DNA from: Eledone cirrhosa
Lineage: Eukaryota
Direction: 5' to 3'
DNA length: 64,000 nt
Assembly (NCBI GenBank): GCA_964016885.1
Contig: OZ024742.1
Coordinates: 303,242,001-303,306,000, forward strand
Shown one piece after another: positions 44,585 to 58,005 of the stretch. Numbering within the stretch: position 1 is the stretch's first letter; every line of letters starts with the position of its first letter. The translations under genes were made by a program, and so were the position numbers. Below the pieces are notes generated by a model. It was not told the origin of the DNA. It saw only the letters and a list, made by a program, of their open reading frames with translations, and did no database searches.

Positions 44585-45140
44585 ATACATACATGATGAT
44601 GGCTGCCCCCTCGTTATCGAGTTTGACCATTGCACGATACACCTTTATAAATAATTATTAATTAATTCTATCGTGCAATGCCTGTGCGTGAACATTTTCT
44701 AAAGTGAGGAAAGACTGTGCACTGAGCCAATCCCACTCGCTGAGCGACAGTAGCTATAACCCTAAAAGAAGTAAAGATCAACAACATCGGTAACTACTGA
44801 GCCGCAGGTTTTATGTCGGAGTTATCACAGTTGCCTTCTCCTAGAAGAATGCCCTGACAAATGATAGGGTCCTTCACTCCCAGTGATTTAACCGTGCGAT
44901 TTGGTATCCAGCCCGAATTTTCTATGTACGTGCGCATATACATACATATACATAGATATACATATATATGTACACATGTACATATATTTACACATTTTTG
45001 GATGGCCGTTGACTCTTATAGGTTCTTCCGCCCTTTGTCAGGTTTTGTTTTTTGTCCTGCAGGGTGTCCGAAATCACCCTCTTCACCTTGAAGGTGCATG
45101 ATCCCAGAGAGGGGAAACGGGCATGCATAGGTGACACTTC
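44585..45140 (-). mobile_element. RTE-like non-autonomous element (related to 5808-6460 and 35401-36003)
   Basis: Minus strand shares ggtgatttcggacaccctgcaggac..aagagtcaacggccatccaaaa, ttctaggagaagg..aactc and the 3' end cagccatcatcatgtatg. Confidence 0.6.
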
Positions 45141-45175
45141 TATCTATCTAGCTACGTATGAACCTACCCAAATGC

Positions 45176-45300
<125 letters not shown>

Positions 45301-45386
45301 GAAAAATTGAACAGGGACAGAACAGAGAGGCAGTACGATAAATGTTTATTAAATTCACGCTCAGGAGAGTGGGGGTTAGGTGGGGG

Positions 45387-45418
45387 ACGACGTTTCAGGC
45401 ATAAGCCCTTCTTCAGGT
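45387..45418 (-). ncRNA. Minimal type I hammerhead in a C/A-rich PLE-like 3' UTR (45300-46020, minus)
   Basis: ac-CTGAAGA-AGGGCTTATGCCT-GAAA-CG-TC-gt, the minimal PLE pattern with palindromic ACGT helix III. Confidence 0.7.
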
Positions 45419-46020
45419 AAGAGTTCAAAAGGTGTGTAAGGGAGTGGTGGAGAGACATATAGCGAAAGGAAACGGTGCGAATGAAAAATTAACAAATAAA
45501 GACAAACATATAATAAATAATAAATAAAAATAAAGCATGATCAAAATACAAGGAATGAGAAAATTTAAAAATAAAGGCATGATCAAAATAAACTGAAATT
45601 AAAAGGGGGGTAAACAGATGGTGGAAGGGTGTGGGGTGGGTAGAGGTGATGGCGGGTGGAGTGGGGAGAGGGAGACGGGGTGTCCGAGCGGGGAGGGCTG
45701 AAGGTGGTGTGTGTGGTTAGGTGTGTGTGTGTGTATGTGTGTATGTGAAAGTGAGGGTTGGGGGAAGAACGGGGTTGCATGTTCAGGAAGGTGTGTGTGG
45801 GGGGTGTTTTGTGGGTCGGAGGGTCTGTGCGTGTGTGGATAGGGGGGTGGGGTGGGGGGAAAGGAATCAGGGGGCTGAGGGTGTAAATATGTGGTGGGAA
45901 GCACGTGTGTGTGGTTTAAGCGTGTTGTGGGTGTGGGTGGCGTGTGGATAAAAAAAAATTTTGGGGGGTGTGTGTGTGGGTGAGTTATATAGGTGGTGGT
46001 GTAAGAGGATGGTTGAAAAT

Positions 46021-47150
46021 ATAGTACTGACCCGTTTTTTCGTCCTTTTAGTTCCCCCCAGTGTTGGTCTATCCTTTCACCTATGCTACGAGCTGTCTCA
46101 CCTATGTATAAAGGTGGTAGAAAAGCCAGGAACCACCTATGAATAAAGGTGGTAGAAAAGCCAGGAACCACCATAAAATCCCTGATCAGCAAAACCTACC
46201 CTTTTAAGAAAACCCACTGTACCAATAGGAAATGTATCATATGTAAGGTGAACCCCCGGATAAACTGTAAAACTAGAAACGTAGTCTATAGCATAAGATG
46301 TACAGAGGGTACTTGCAGAAACACGACAACAACATACATAGGTGAGACAGCTCGTAGCATAGGTGAAAGGATAGACCAACACTGGGGGGAACTAAAAGGA
46401 CGAAAAAACGGGTCAGTACTATACGAACATGCTAGACAACAACATGACGGTAACATAGACAACATAGAAATTAGAATAATATCTAAACATAGGAATGACC
46501 CAGCAGATAGGCAAATCAGAGAGGCCAGTGAAATAGAAATTAGAAGACCAAAGCTAAACAGAAAGAATGAGTGGAACAACAACAACACCCAAACAAACAA
46601 CACTGACCTAAGAGAAGTATAAATAAGTAAGTAAATTAAATAAAATAAAATAAGATAAATAAATACATACACAAGCACATAAACACACACTAGTCACCCA
46701 GCAGACACAACACTATACACACTAGTCACACATCACACATAACACTATACACACACGCAAACGCATGCGCAAAGAAGACAAAATAAAATAAGATAAACAA
46801 ACAAGCAAATAAATAAATAAATATATAGACAGACTGAACAAAAAAAAATGGCGTAGACATACAACACAACAGGAGGAACAATGAATATAACACCACTGAC
46901 GATGTTGCAGATGTGCAACGAAAGATTTATGTAAATTATGTAAACTATATATATATGTGTTTGTCTATATTGTATCTGTATTATTTTTGACCGCCGGTCA
47001 GTCAATGGCAACATTGAGGACCGAGTAAGTTAGATCGCAGATATATATATATAAAAGACAGCGAGAAGCGAAAACCAACCAAACAGTGAGTGTGTTCTGT
47101 TATTAATTCTGGCAATATTACGCAAATATGACCCTCCCCAAATATAACAA
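46021..47150 (+). mobile_element. Penelope-like element family B, 5'-truncated, with a short inverted and duplicated 5' junction
   Basis: ORF 46149-46622 NVVYSIRC..YIGETARSIGERIDQH..R..EA..LNRKNEW; 46021-46108 is an inverted copy of about 46335-46422. Confidence 0.9.
46894..46931 (+). ncRNA. Type I hammerhead (PLE family B)
   Basis: ca-CTGACGA-t-GTTGCA-gatg-TGCAAC-GAAA-GATT-TA-tg; stem II covaries with family A. Confidence 0.65.
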
Positions 47151-47171
47151 TATATATATATATATATATAT

Positions 47172-48095
47172 ATTTCGTTTCTGAATTTGTTTAGCAAGAT
47201 TCTTTATCTGAAATCGTGTGTTGAAACCGATATTGTTATACTTTGGGAGGGCCATGTTGCCAATAAGAATCACACGCACCAGTTGCTTTCACTTCAGTTT
47301 ATTATATATTTATAAATTTACAAATTTATAAATTTATCAATTTCTGGTTGGTTGGTTGGTTCCACAACCAGATAGTTGTTTATATATAATCATAGTCTTT
47401 TCGTCACACACTCTGTGACCTCTTCAGTGACTGGGGATTCCTTTCTTTGTTTCTGTGTCTCTCCTTTGTTCTGTCCTACGCTATTTTGTTTCTGTGTGTG
47501 TGTGTTGTGTGCTCAGTCTGCGCATGCGCCACATCCGGGTGTCTGTGTGTGTTTATGTTCATTTATCTATTTGTTTATTTATTTATTTATTTACATGTTA
47601 CTGGTTGGTTGTTTGTTCTATGTGTGTGTGTGTTTTCATTTTGTCCTTAATTGTAAGTTGTGATGTTGCTGTTCCACTCATATTTTCTATTTAATTTTGG
47701 TTGTAATTATTTTATGTTTATTGCCTCTGTAATTTGTCTAAACATTGCATCTTTTCTGTGTGTAGATTCTATTTTTATTTCTATGTTCTCTATTTTACCC
47801 TTGTGTTCTATCTTAGCATGTTGGTAGAGTACAGATGATTCTTTATTATGTTGAAGGTCTCGCCAGTGTTCATTTATCCGTTCCCCTATACTACGAGCTG
47901 TCTCACCTATGTACACTATATTTTTGTCTCTACATTGTCCTTCAGTACACCTTATGCTATACACTACATTTCTAGTTTTACAGTTAATATGGGGGCTTAT
48001 TTTACAGTTTATACATTTCTTATCTATACATGAGGGTCTTTGAAAAGGGTATGTCTTGCTAATAAGTGTAACACTTGCTAATAAGTGTAACACTT
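47172..48095 (-). mobile_element. Penelope-like element family A, 5'-truncated (GIY-YIG region; hammerhead at 47388-47432)
   Basis: ORF 47707-48093; tail matches 56473-56530; tail-to-tail with family B across a short (TA)n. Confidence 0.9.
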
Positions 48096-48220
48096 ATAAA
48101 TATATATATTTAAAAAAAAAATAAGACTCCAGTTGCATTTTCGATTTCATCTCTTTTTCTTTATACTTTCACTCGTGTAGGACACCTCGGTTATTTTTCA
48201 TTTTGTAAAAAAACCCTCAC

Positions 48221-48261
<41 letters not shown>

Positions 48262-48817
48262 TAAAAAAATAATGAATAAAACAATGAAACAGTTCCTTAT
48301 ATTAAACAAAAAAAGTTCATTATTTAACGATCGTTTCTAGGACATATATGTGTTAGAATTGGCATGCATATTCAAAAGATCTACGTACAAAATTATACAA
48401 AATTATACAAACTATCAAATAGAATATACATACCAACACATACATATGCCGTCTTCAGAAATAATGAAGTATATTTATTGATAATAACAACAATTCAAAA
48501 TTACAGGTCTGTTTGGGAACAGATTTTAAATAGACCAATGAAATACATAAAAATACATCAAGAAAATACAGTTAGGTGTGTGTATATATGCAAGTAACTT
48601 CGTTCACAGATATGCATAAAAATGTATGTTCACATGCATACGCATATCGAAAAAGTGTATGTAAATACAAAAATTCAGGGCTAATGTCTCTGTATGTTTA
48701 CAATCCACAGACAAAATACACATACGTATACATACATATATACACTCATATATACACACATATACATACATTCATACACACACACGCATATACACATAAA
48801 CATACACATACCCACGA

Positions 48818-48850
<33 letters not shown>

Positions 48851-49081
48851 CACATACGTATATATTATTATTATAACTATATGGATATTGAGGCGCACAC
48901 ATAAACACGGCCACATACACTTACATCCAGATGCAGAACTAACAATAGGTAAGGGAGTAAGTAATTACAGAGGGTGTCAGACTCAGCATATTTATAAAAA
49001 TGTATCTATAAATTTAGAAATAAAAAGAAATATATTAAAAGAAATAAACAAGTAAAACATATACTCATACATATAAATACA

Positions 49082-49165
<84 letters not shown>

Positions 49166-49494
49166 TACATATATATATATATACATATACACATACACAC
49201 ACACATATATATACACACATACTCACAACACACATATACATATATGTGAACACACACATACACACATACATACACATACATATATATATACATATACATA
49301 CATATATATATACACACATATATATACACACATATAAGTATATATACATACACACACATACCCATGTATATATATACACAACCACACACTCACACACAAC
49401 TCAGACATACATAAATATAGAGACATACATACACACATATATATATATATACATATATACATACATATAAATATATATATACACACATATATAT

Positions 49495-49530
<36 letters not shown>

Positions 49531-49626
49531 ATAAATAAATACACACAGTCAGACAATTATGCACATATATACACATACATACACACATCTCTACAAATAC
49601 ATATACATACACATACATACATACAC

Positions 49627-49676
<50 letters not shown>

Positions 49677-49899
49677 TCATACACACTTATTTACATGCGC
49701 ACATATGTATTTTTATACTCACATACAAACACACAAACATACATACATACTTACATACACATACATACATCCACGCTTACAAATACGAATAATTATAGGG
49801 GGGGGAGGGGGATTAAAATTATTAGTGGGAAATAGTAAATATAGGTTTCAAGGAACATAGAATATTAATCTGCATTTAGATCATAATATGTGTTTACAT

Positions 49900-50860
49900 A
49901 GTAGTGTCAGTATTAGGAAATGTAAGAAAGAAGGCAAAATTATGCATTTTAATATAAGTAGACTATTAATTATAGGTTAATTAAAGTAAAAATAGTTAAT
50001 ATATTAATTTCTAAGGTGTATACTACTTAGGTTTATAATATTTACAGCGGAATTTTGAAATTAAACAGTAGTAGAGTATTAATTATAGCATAACTAAATT
50101 AAAAATATTAACATGATGGTATCAATTTTAGGAAATGAATTTAGTAATAGGGAAAGCCAAATCAAGTATTTCATCGGTAGTAGAATATTAATTATAGGTT
50201 AACTAAATTAAAAATTATATATTAATTTCTATAGTATATGTTAATTAGGTTTATAATAATTAAAGCAAATTTTGTATTTTATCTATAGTAGAATATAATT
50301 ATAGGTTAACTAAAAGTAAAATTAATCTATATATTTATTTGTAAAGAATATATTAATTAGGTATATATTTAAAATTTTTTCTCAGTTTATGATTACATGA
50401 TATTCTGCAATCCATCTGTATTAGAATTTTAATTTTAAGCTAACTAAATTAAAATTATAGGTTAAGTAAATTAAAATTAATTTATAAATTAATTTCTAAA
50501 TTGTACATTAATTAGGTTTATAATATTAAAAAGTATTTCTCTGTTATTGATTACACGATATTTTGTTATATTTCATCTGTAAAGGAATTTTAATAAAAGG
50601 TTAAATAAACTAAAATTAATCTATAAATTAATTTCCAAAGTATATATTAATTATGTTAATAATATTTAAAAGTTTTTCACAATTTATGATTACACAATAT
50701 TTTTTAATTTCATCTGTAGTAGAATTTTAATTAAATTAAAGTTATAGGTTAACTACATTTAAATTAAATTATATATTAATTTCTAAAATATATATTATTA
50801 ATTAGGTTTATAATATTTAAATGTTTTTCTCAGTTTACGATTACACGATATAATTAATTC
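49900..50860 (-). repeat. Degenerate AT-rich tandem array (about 110-155 bp units) in the 3' UTR of PLE H3
   Basis: Recurrent attaggtttataatattt..ttacac and aattataggttaactaaa motifs near 50026, 50244, 50356, 50511, 50651 and 50801. Confidence 0.65.
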
Positions 50861-51310
50861 CTGTCGCTTATTTAATAGGATATCCTTAGATTTCATTATT
50901 TCAAATAGTTCTTGGGAACACAATCTACATTCATTTCTATTATTTTGATAAGGGGTGGCTCTTTTGAGCACACTCCAGGTCATATCATATTCTATATTCT
51001 TATTTCTATAACTATTAATTTTTTCTGCTAGAGATGTTGTATTAGCCAGTGCGGCATTTTTAAAACTATGTTTGTGGGTATTAAACCTTACCTTAATATT
51101 GTTAGAAGTAGCTCCTATATATGAGCAAATAGAATCTTTAGTTTTAACTTTACATTTATAAACTATGTTGTTAACAAGACAATTTCCTTTTAATGGGCAG
51201 TTTGCTTTGTTTCTACAGTTACAACCTTTCGTTAATTCTGTATTTGAGGAGATATTATGGTTAGTTTGATGCATTGGTGGTATACTTATGGTTTTTTTAC
51301 ATTTATATGC
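50798..51310 (-). pseudogene. Hydra-like PLE H3, GIY-YIG endonuclease domain only
   Basis: [53 protein letters not shown]; the upstream part of the ORF call is (TA)n. Confidence 0.85.
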
Positions 51311-51447
51311 ATTATAGGCACTTATATTTTGTTTTATGTTTTTGGTTTTTGAGTATATATATATATTGAGTATATATATATATATACATATATATATACA
51401 TATATACATATATATATATATTTGGTTGTTGAGTATATATATATTGA

Positions 51448-51776
<329 letters not shown>

Positions 51777-51932
51777 TTGTTATACTTTGGGAGGGTCATG
51801 TTGCCAATAAGAAACACACGCACCAGATGCTTTCACTTCAATTTAATTTATTAAATATTTATAAATTTACAAATTTATAAATTTCTGGTTGGTTGGTTGG
51901 TTCCACAACCAGATAGTTGTTTATATATATAT

Positions 51933-51977
51933 AGTCATAGTTCTTTCGTCACACACTCTGTGACCTCTTCAGTGACT
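51933..51977 (-). ncRNA. Type I hammerhead (PLE family A)
   Basis: agtca-CTGAAGA-g-GTCACA-gagtg-TGTGAC-GAAA-GAAC-TA-tgact. Confidence 0.72.
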
Positions 51978-52282
51978 GGGGATTTCGTTCTTCGTTTCTG
52001 TGTCTTTCCTTTCTTCTATCCTACGCCATTTTGTTTGTGTGTGGGTTGCGTGCTCAGTTTGCGCATGCGCCACATCCGGGTGTCTGTGTGTGTTTGTGTT
52101 CATTTTTCTATTTATCTATTTATATTTTTCTATTTGTTTGTTTATTTATTTATTTATTGTTGGTTGGTTGTTTGTTCTATGTGTGTGTGTGTTTTCATTT
52201 TGTCTTGTGTGTGTTTTCATTTTGTGTGTGTTTTCGATTGTAAGTTGTTTGTTCTATGTGTGTGTGTGTTTTCATTTTGTCC

Positions 52283-54506
52283 TTAATTGTAAGTTGTGAT
52301 GTTGCTGTTCCACTCATATTTTCTATTTAATTTTGGTTTTAATTCTTTTATGCTTACTGCCTCTGTAATTTGCCTAAACATTGCGTCTTTCTTGTGTGTG
52401 GATTCTATTTTTATTTCTACGCTCTCTAATTTACCCCTGTGTTCTATCTTAGCATGTTGGTAGAGCACAGATGATTCTTTACTATCTTGGAGGTCTCGCC
52501 AGTGTTCATTTATTCGTTCCCCTATACTACGAGCTGTCTCACCTATGTACACTACATTTTTGTTTCTACATTGTCCCTCAGTACATCTTATGCTATATAC
52601 TACATTTCTAGTTTTACAGTTAATATGGGGGCTTATTTTACAGGTTATACATTTCTTATCTATACATGAGGGTCTTTGGAACGGGTATGTCTTGCTAATA
52701 AGTGTTTTTACGGAGGTACCAGGTCTTTCTACTATCTTAATATTGAGATTATGTTTCTTTAGGGCCCTTCTAAATTTGTAGGCTAGTTCGCCTCTAGGGG
52801 TTGTATTGATGAACATTACACTCTGGTATTTATTGCTATCATACCATGAGTTTATTCTATTGGCCTTGTTCTTAGTTCTTTCTATTCTATTCCAAAATTT
52901 GCTCCTATACAAGGGGCAGGTCCCATTTATGTCATTATTTACCATTTTTTCCCAGTTGGTTCTGGCTCCTTTATACACTCTGATTCTATCTCTCTGATTG
53001 TAGCCAGAGAACTGCATACGGTGGATGAAGTGTTGTATGTGTCTCTCTAGTTCTTCGGGGTTGCACATGCGGGACACATTTCTCATCACCCGTACCAAAT
53101 CCGCAATCAGTATGTTGATTTTGGTATGGTCCGAAATGGCCGAGTTTCGGTGGATCAGATGTTTGGAAGTCATGGGTTTGGCATAATGGGAATGGAGGAT
53201 TTGTTTTTGGTTGTTAATAGTATCTAACCAGAGCTCTGTGTCTAGTACAGGTAATCGATGGTTGGGGTGTCTACTTGGGTAGTCTATAGTAACTCTAATG
53301 CTCTGGTGGATGGAGTTTGCTATTTGCTGGATGCTTTCCATTGTGTTTTTCTCTAGTTCCTGACTGTTCTTTAGTGGGGGTGTCTTAACTACGATGTTTA
53401 TATCATCTACGTAGCGGGAGTACATTATCAGGGTTAAGCTGTCTTCTAATTGTTCATTAAGTTTTTGTTTAAGTCTACTGTCCCACCATACCATGAATAA
53501 GTTAGCTATGTCGCCTGCAATGCTAACACCAATGGCTGCTCCTTCCTCTTGGGCATATGTTTTACCATTAAATTTGAACATATGTTCCTTAAGGGTTAGT
53601 TTTATGCTGGCCCCTACCGCATGTGCAATCATTTTCTTCAGTTCATCGTGGTTTTCGGGTGTCCGTATGGCTCTGGTCCACCCGTTCCATCTATCTGTGT
53701 GGGTTTTCTTGGCCATTGAGGTAATGGTAGGTGGTCTGCCTCTTGCTGGTCTTGTAGGGCACAGGTTGCTAAGGTCATAAGTGTCTAGGTAACTATTACT
53801 ATGGGTAAGCTTAAGTAGAAGTCCCAGCTCACTGGTATCAATCCCACGGAACTCAACCTTGCTCTCGCTGATCATTTCGACGCATTTCTCTACAGCAAAA
53901 TCCACGTCAATAGATGGATACAGGGACACAACATCCATACTGCCTATTATGCAGTTTGTTAGGTCCCCAGATCGGTTACCCGCGCCGATTCTGCTGAGGA
54001 GGTCCTCCGTGCTGTCACACACATCTGGGGACATCTCAATGATGGGGCGTATGATCAGGGAGAGGAAGTAGGACAGTCTGTAGTTACTAGCAATGTTAGC
54101 CCCACAGACTGGCCGTGTTGGTGGTCCCGCGACAGGGTCCCAGCCCGTTTTATGGTCTTTACGAAGCCCATACAACGCCGGCACGTCATTGTTCCAGGCC
54201 TGGAAGTTGTTGGCAGTCCTTTTGTTGGGCTGCATTATATTTGTCCACATCACCATATGGGCATTGAGGGTTTTTTCTCTATCCTCATGCTCCTGTGGTG
54301 TTACCTCTCTTATGTTAGTGATGTGGGGTTGCATTGCCTGGATGTAGTTTGGCAGGCTGTCAACCGACATTCTGCCAGACTTGTCTGTTGGAAAGCATGC
54401 TATCTCTCCATTACGCGAGCGCTGCATGAGCTTACGCAAGCCATTTGCAGATTCTTCTCCCAGTTGCTGGGCCTCTATTCTATTATGCTTCTTGCTATAC
54501 TGTTCT
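52283..54506 (-). CDS. PLE reverse transcriptase plus GIY-YIG endonuclease, open frame but N-terminally truncated
   Basis: PTDKSG, GSMDVVSLYPSI, QEEGAAIG..ANLFM, YSRYVDDI, LPVLD, Cys-rich linker, NVVYSIRC..YIGET..R..EH. The first ~83 aa of the 824-aa call are antisense read-through of the other arm. Confidence 0.9.
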
Positions 54507-55967
54507 AGAGGCAGACCACCTACCATTACCTCAATGGCCAAGAAAACCCACACAGATAGATGGAACGGGTGGACCAGAGCCATACGGACACCCGAAAACC
54601 ACGATGAACTGAAGAAAATGATTGCACATGCGGTAGGGGCCAGCATAAAACTAACCCTTAAGGAACATATGTTCAAATTTAATGGTAAAACATATGCCCA
54701 AGAGGAAGGAGCAGCCATTGGTGTTAGCATTGCAGGCGACATAGCTAACTTATTCATGGTATGGTGGGACAGTAGACTTAAACAAAAACTTAATGAACAA
54801 TTAGAAGACAGCTTAACCCTGATAATGTACTCCCGCTACGTAGATGATATAAACATCGTAGTTAAGACACCCCCACTAAAGAACAGTCAGGAACTAGAGA
54901 AAAACACAATGGAAAGCATCCAGCAAATAGCAAACTCCATCCACCAGAGCATTAGAGTTACTATAGACTACCCAAGTAGACACCCCAACCATCGATTACC
55001 TGTACTAGACACAGAGCTCTGGTTAGATACTATTAACAACCAAAAACAAATCCTCCATTCCCATTATGCCAAACCCATGACTTCCAAACATCTGATCCAC
55101 CGAAACTCGGCCATTTCGGACCATACCAAAATCAACATACTGATTGCGGATTTGGTACGGGTGATGAGAAATGTGTCCCGCATGTGCAACCCCGAAGAAC
55201 TAGAGAGACACATACAACACTTCATCCACCGTATGCAGTTCTCTGGCTACAATCAGAGAGATAGAATCAGAGTGTATAAAGGAGCCAGAACCAACTGGGA
55301 AAAAATGGTAAATAATGACATAAATGGGACCTGCCCCTTGTATAGGAGCAAATTTTGGAATAGAATAGAAAGAACTAAGAACAAGGCCAATAGAATAAAC
55401 TCATGGTATGATAGCAATAAATACCAGAGTGTAATGTTCATCAATACAACCCCTAGAGGCGAACTAGCCTACAAATTTAGAAGGGCCCTAAAGAAACATA
55501 ATCTCAATATTAAGATAGTAGAAAGACCTGGTACCTCCGTAAAAACACTTATTAGCAAGACATACCCGTTCCAAAGACCCTCATGTATAGATAAGAAATG
55601 TATAACCTGTAAAATAAGCCCCCATATTAACTGTAAAACTAGAAATGTAGTATATAGCATAAGATGTACTGAGGGACAATGTAGAAACAAAAATGTAGTG
55701 TACATAGGTGAGACAGCTCGTAGTATAGGGGAACGAATAAATGAACACTGGCGAGACCTCCAAGATAGTAAAGAATCATCTGTGCTCTACCAACATGCTA
55801 AGATAGAACACAGGGGTAAATTAGAGAGCGTAGAAATAAAAATAGAATCCACACACAAGAAAGACGCAATGTTTAGGCAAATTACAGAGGCAGTAAGCAT
55901 AAAAGAATTAAAACCAAAATTAAATAGAAAATATGAGTGGAACAGCAACATCACAACTTACAATTAA
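54507..55967 (+). CDS. Second, shorter inverted copy of the PLE RT (motifs B-C onward) plus GIY-YIG
   Basis: Protein identical to the minus copy from RGRPPTITS to the C-terminus. Confidence 0.85.
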   Translation, partial: RGRPPTITSMAKKTHTDRWNGWTRAIRTPENHDELKKMIAHAVGASIKLTLKEHMFKFNGKTYAQEEGAAIGVSIAGDIANLFMVWWDSRLKQKLNEQLEDSLTLIMYSRYVDDINIVVKTPPLKNSQELEKNTMESIQQIANSIHQSIRVTIDYPSRHPNHRLPVLDTELWLDTINNQKQILHSHYAKPMTSKHLIHRNSAISDHTKINILIADLVRVMRNVSRMCNPEELERHIQHFIHRMQFSGYNQRDRIRVYKGARTNWEKMVNNDINGTCPLYRSKFWNRIERTKNKANRINSWYDSNKYQSVMFINTTPRGELAYKFRRALKKHNLNIKIVERPGTSVKTLISKTYPFQRPSCIDKKCITCKISPHINCKTRNVVYSIRCTEGQCRNKNVVYIGETARSIGERINEHWRDLQDSKESSVLYQHAKIEHRGKLESVEIKIESTHKKDAMFRQITEAVSIKELKPKLNRKYEWNSNITTYN

Positions 55968-56170
55968 GGACAAAATGAAAACACACACACACATAGAACA
56001 AACAACTTACAATCGAAAACACACACAAAATGAAAACACACACAAGACAAAATGAAAACACACACACACATAGAACAAACAACCAACCAACAATAAATAA
56101 ATAAATAAACAAACAAATAGAAAAATATAAATAGATAAATAGAAAAATGAACACAAACACACACAGACAC

Positions 56171-56226
56171 CCGGATGTGGCGCATGCGCAAACTGAGCAC
56201 GCAACCCACACACAAACAAAATGGCG
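56171..56226 (+). promoter_or_regulatory. Candidate pLTR promoter cassette (ETS-like CCGGATGT, NRF1 GCGCATGCGCA, YY1 AAAATGGCG)
   Basis: Motif matches; the NRF1 and YY1 motifs are retained in divergent family B while the flanks differ. Confidence 0.45.
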
Positions 56227-56272
56227 TAGGATAGAAGAAAGGAAAGACACAGAAACGAAGAACGAAATCCCC

Positions 56273-56317
56273 AGTCACTGAAGAGGTCACAGAGTGTGTG
56301 ACGAAAGAACTATGACT
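56273..56317 (+). ncRNA. Type I hammerhead (PLE family A)
   Basis: Mirror of 51933-51977. Confidence 0.72.
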
Positions 56318-56549
56318 ATATATATATAAACAACTATCTGGTTGTGGAACCAACCAACCAACCAGAAATTTATAAATTTGTAAATTTATAAATATTTAAT
56401 AAATTAAATTGAAGTGAAAGCAACTGGTGCGTGTGTTTCTTATTGGCAACATGACCCTCCCAAAGTATAACAATATCGGTTTCAACACACGATTTCAGAT
56501 AAAGAATCTTGCTAAACAAATTCAGAAACGAAATATATATATATATATG

Positions 56550-56653
<104 letters not shown>

Positions 56654-56887
56654 TTAGAAGCACACAGATACATGCGGACACACACATATATACATGAATG
56701 CATCCGCACCCAACTGTGAGTTAAGGGTGCCAACTTCACCGATGTTGCTCAATGAATGACTGGGACAGACTAATTCAGTTTGAACCAGACTGAACCAGTA
56801 TCAGAGTTAAAAATACATTATGAAGAGAGAAGAAACATTTAGATATAATTAGTAATAAAATGTATCATACCTAAACTGTTCCTAAAT

Positions 56888-56975
56888 TCCTCGACTACGT
56901 AGTTTCGTGGCATAAACAAAAACAATATATCCAAGATATAGAGTCCTTGCGAGGTCTGCCGACTTATCAAGAGGA
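56888..56975 (-). ncRNA. Type I hammerhead, U3-A8 core variant
   Basis: tcctc-TTGATAA-GTcGGCA..TGCCAC-GAAA-CTACGTAG-TC-gagga. Confidence 0.75.
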
Positions 56976-57478
56976 TACCTCATTTTACTAGTCTCAAGAA
57001 CGCGTCTACACGACGTGAGAAAAAATCCCAAAAGGCGGAGGGGGAGACAGTCACGCGATATAACGGTCGAGAAACAGAGCTAAGCCTCTTATAACCACGA
57101 AGAAAATACCACGGAGGCGGAGGGGGTATTCATATCGAGGCCGTAGAAGAGGTAGTGAAGAAGGCGAGAAGTATGAGTAATGGAAGCTTTCCAGTTGTCC
57201 CCACACTTCAAAGATTGCTCGACCAGAGGGAGTTATTAATATATTTAGAAACACACAGATACATGCGGACACACACATATATACATGAATGCATCCGCAC
57301 CCAACTGTGAGTTAAGGGTGCCAACTTCACCGATGTTGCTCAATGAATGACTGGGACAGACAAATACAGTTTGAACCAGACTGAACCAGTATCAGAGTTA
57401 AAAATACATTATGAAGAGAGAAGAAACATTTAGATATAATTAGTAATAAAATGTATCATACCTAAACTGTTCCTAAAT

Positions 57479-57566
57479 TCCTCGACTACGTAGTTTCGTG
57501 GCTTAAACAAAAACAATATATCCAAGATATAGAGTCCTTGCGAGGTCTGCCGACTTATCAAGAGGA
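57479..57566 (-). ncRNA. Type I hammerhead, U3-A8 core variant (second monomer)
   Basis: As 56888-56975, with one stem II substitution. Confidence 0.72.
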
Positions 57567-57609
57567 TACCTCATTTTACTAGTCTCAAGAACGCGTCTAC
57601 ACGACGATA

Positions 57610-57658
<49 letters not shown>

Positions 57659-57674
57659 ATATATATATATATAT

Positions 57675-57761
<87 letters not shown>

Positions 57762-57924
57762 GTTGAGAAGGTAACACACCAGAGAGAGATATATAGTGCG
57801 CTATCAATAATACAGGGAAAAAACCCACCAGTGTATGGAATCTATAACCTATGAAAGGCAGACTATAGACACGATAATTAAAAATATAAATTAAAGCGTA
57901 AATAAATACCTTTATAACTATATA

Positions 57925-58005
57925 ACACACGTACAAATCCAAAGATATGTTTCACCAAAAAATTTGTTGAAAGAAATGGTCTAGTCTCGGTTCATCAGCG
58001 TGTGT
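57925..58005 (-). ncRNA. Type I hammerhead, canonical core
   Basis: acacacg-CTGATGA-ACCGAGA..TTTTGGT-GAAA-CA-tATC..GATt-TG-TA-cgtgtgt. Confidence 0.85.

Larger units (their letters stand above)
51777..56532. mobile_element. Young Penelope-like element family A, head-to-head inverted insertion (arms 51777-53743 and 54507-56473)
   Basis: Mirror-image ORFs (52283 and 55967 are symmetric); arms essentially identical; (TA)n on both sides. Confidence 0.95.

Noticed and set aside
54381-54757. N-termini of the 824-aa (minus) and 528-aa (plus) ORFs as genuine protein starts
   Set aside because: Each is the antisense reading of the opposite arm across the inversion junction at about 54507.
51777-56473. 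Large inverted repeat as a DNA transposon with TIRs or an assembly artefact
   Set aside because: The arms encode PLE RT and endonuclease, differ in tail length and by a substitution, and the same architecture recurs in older diverged copies.
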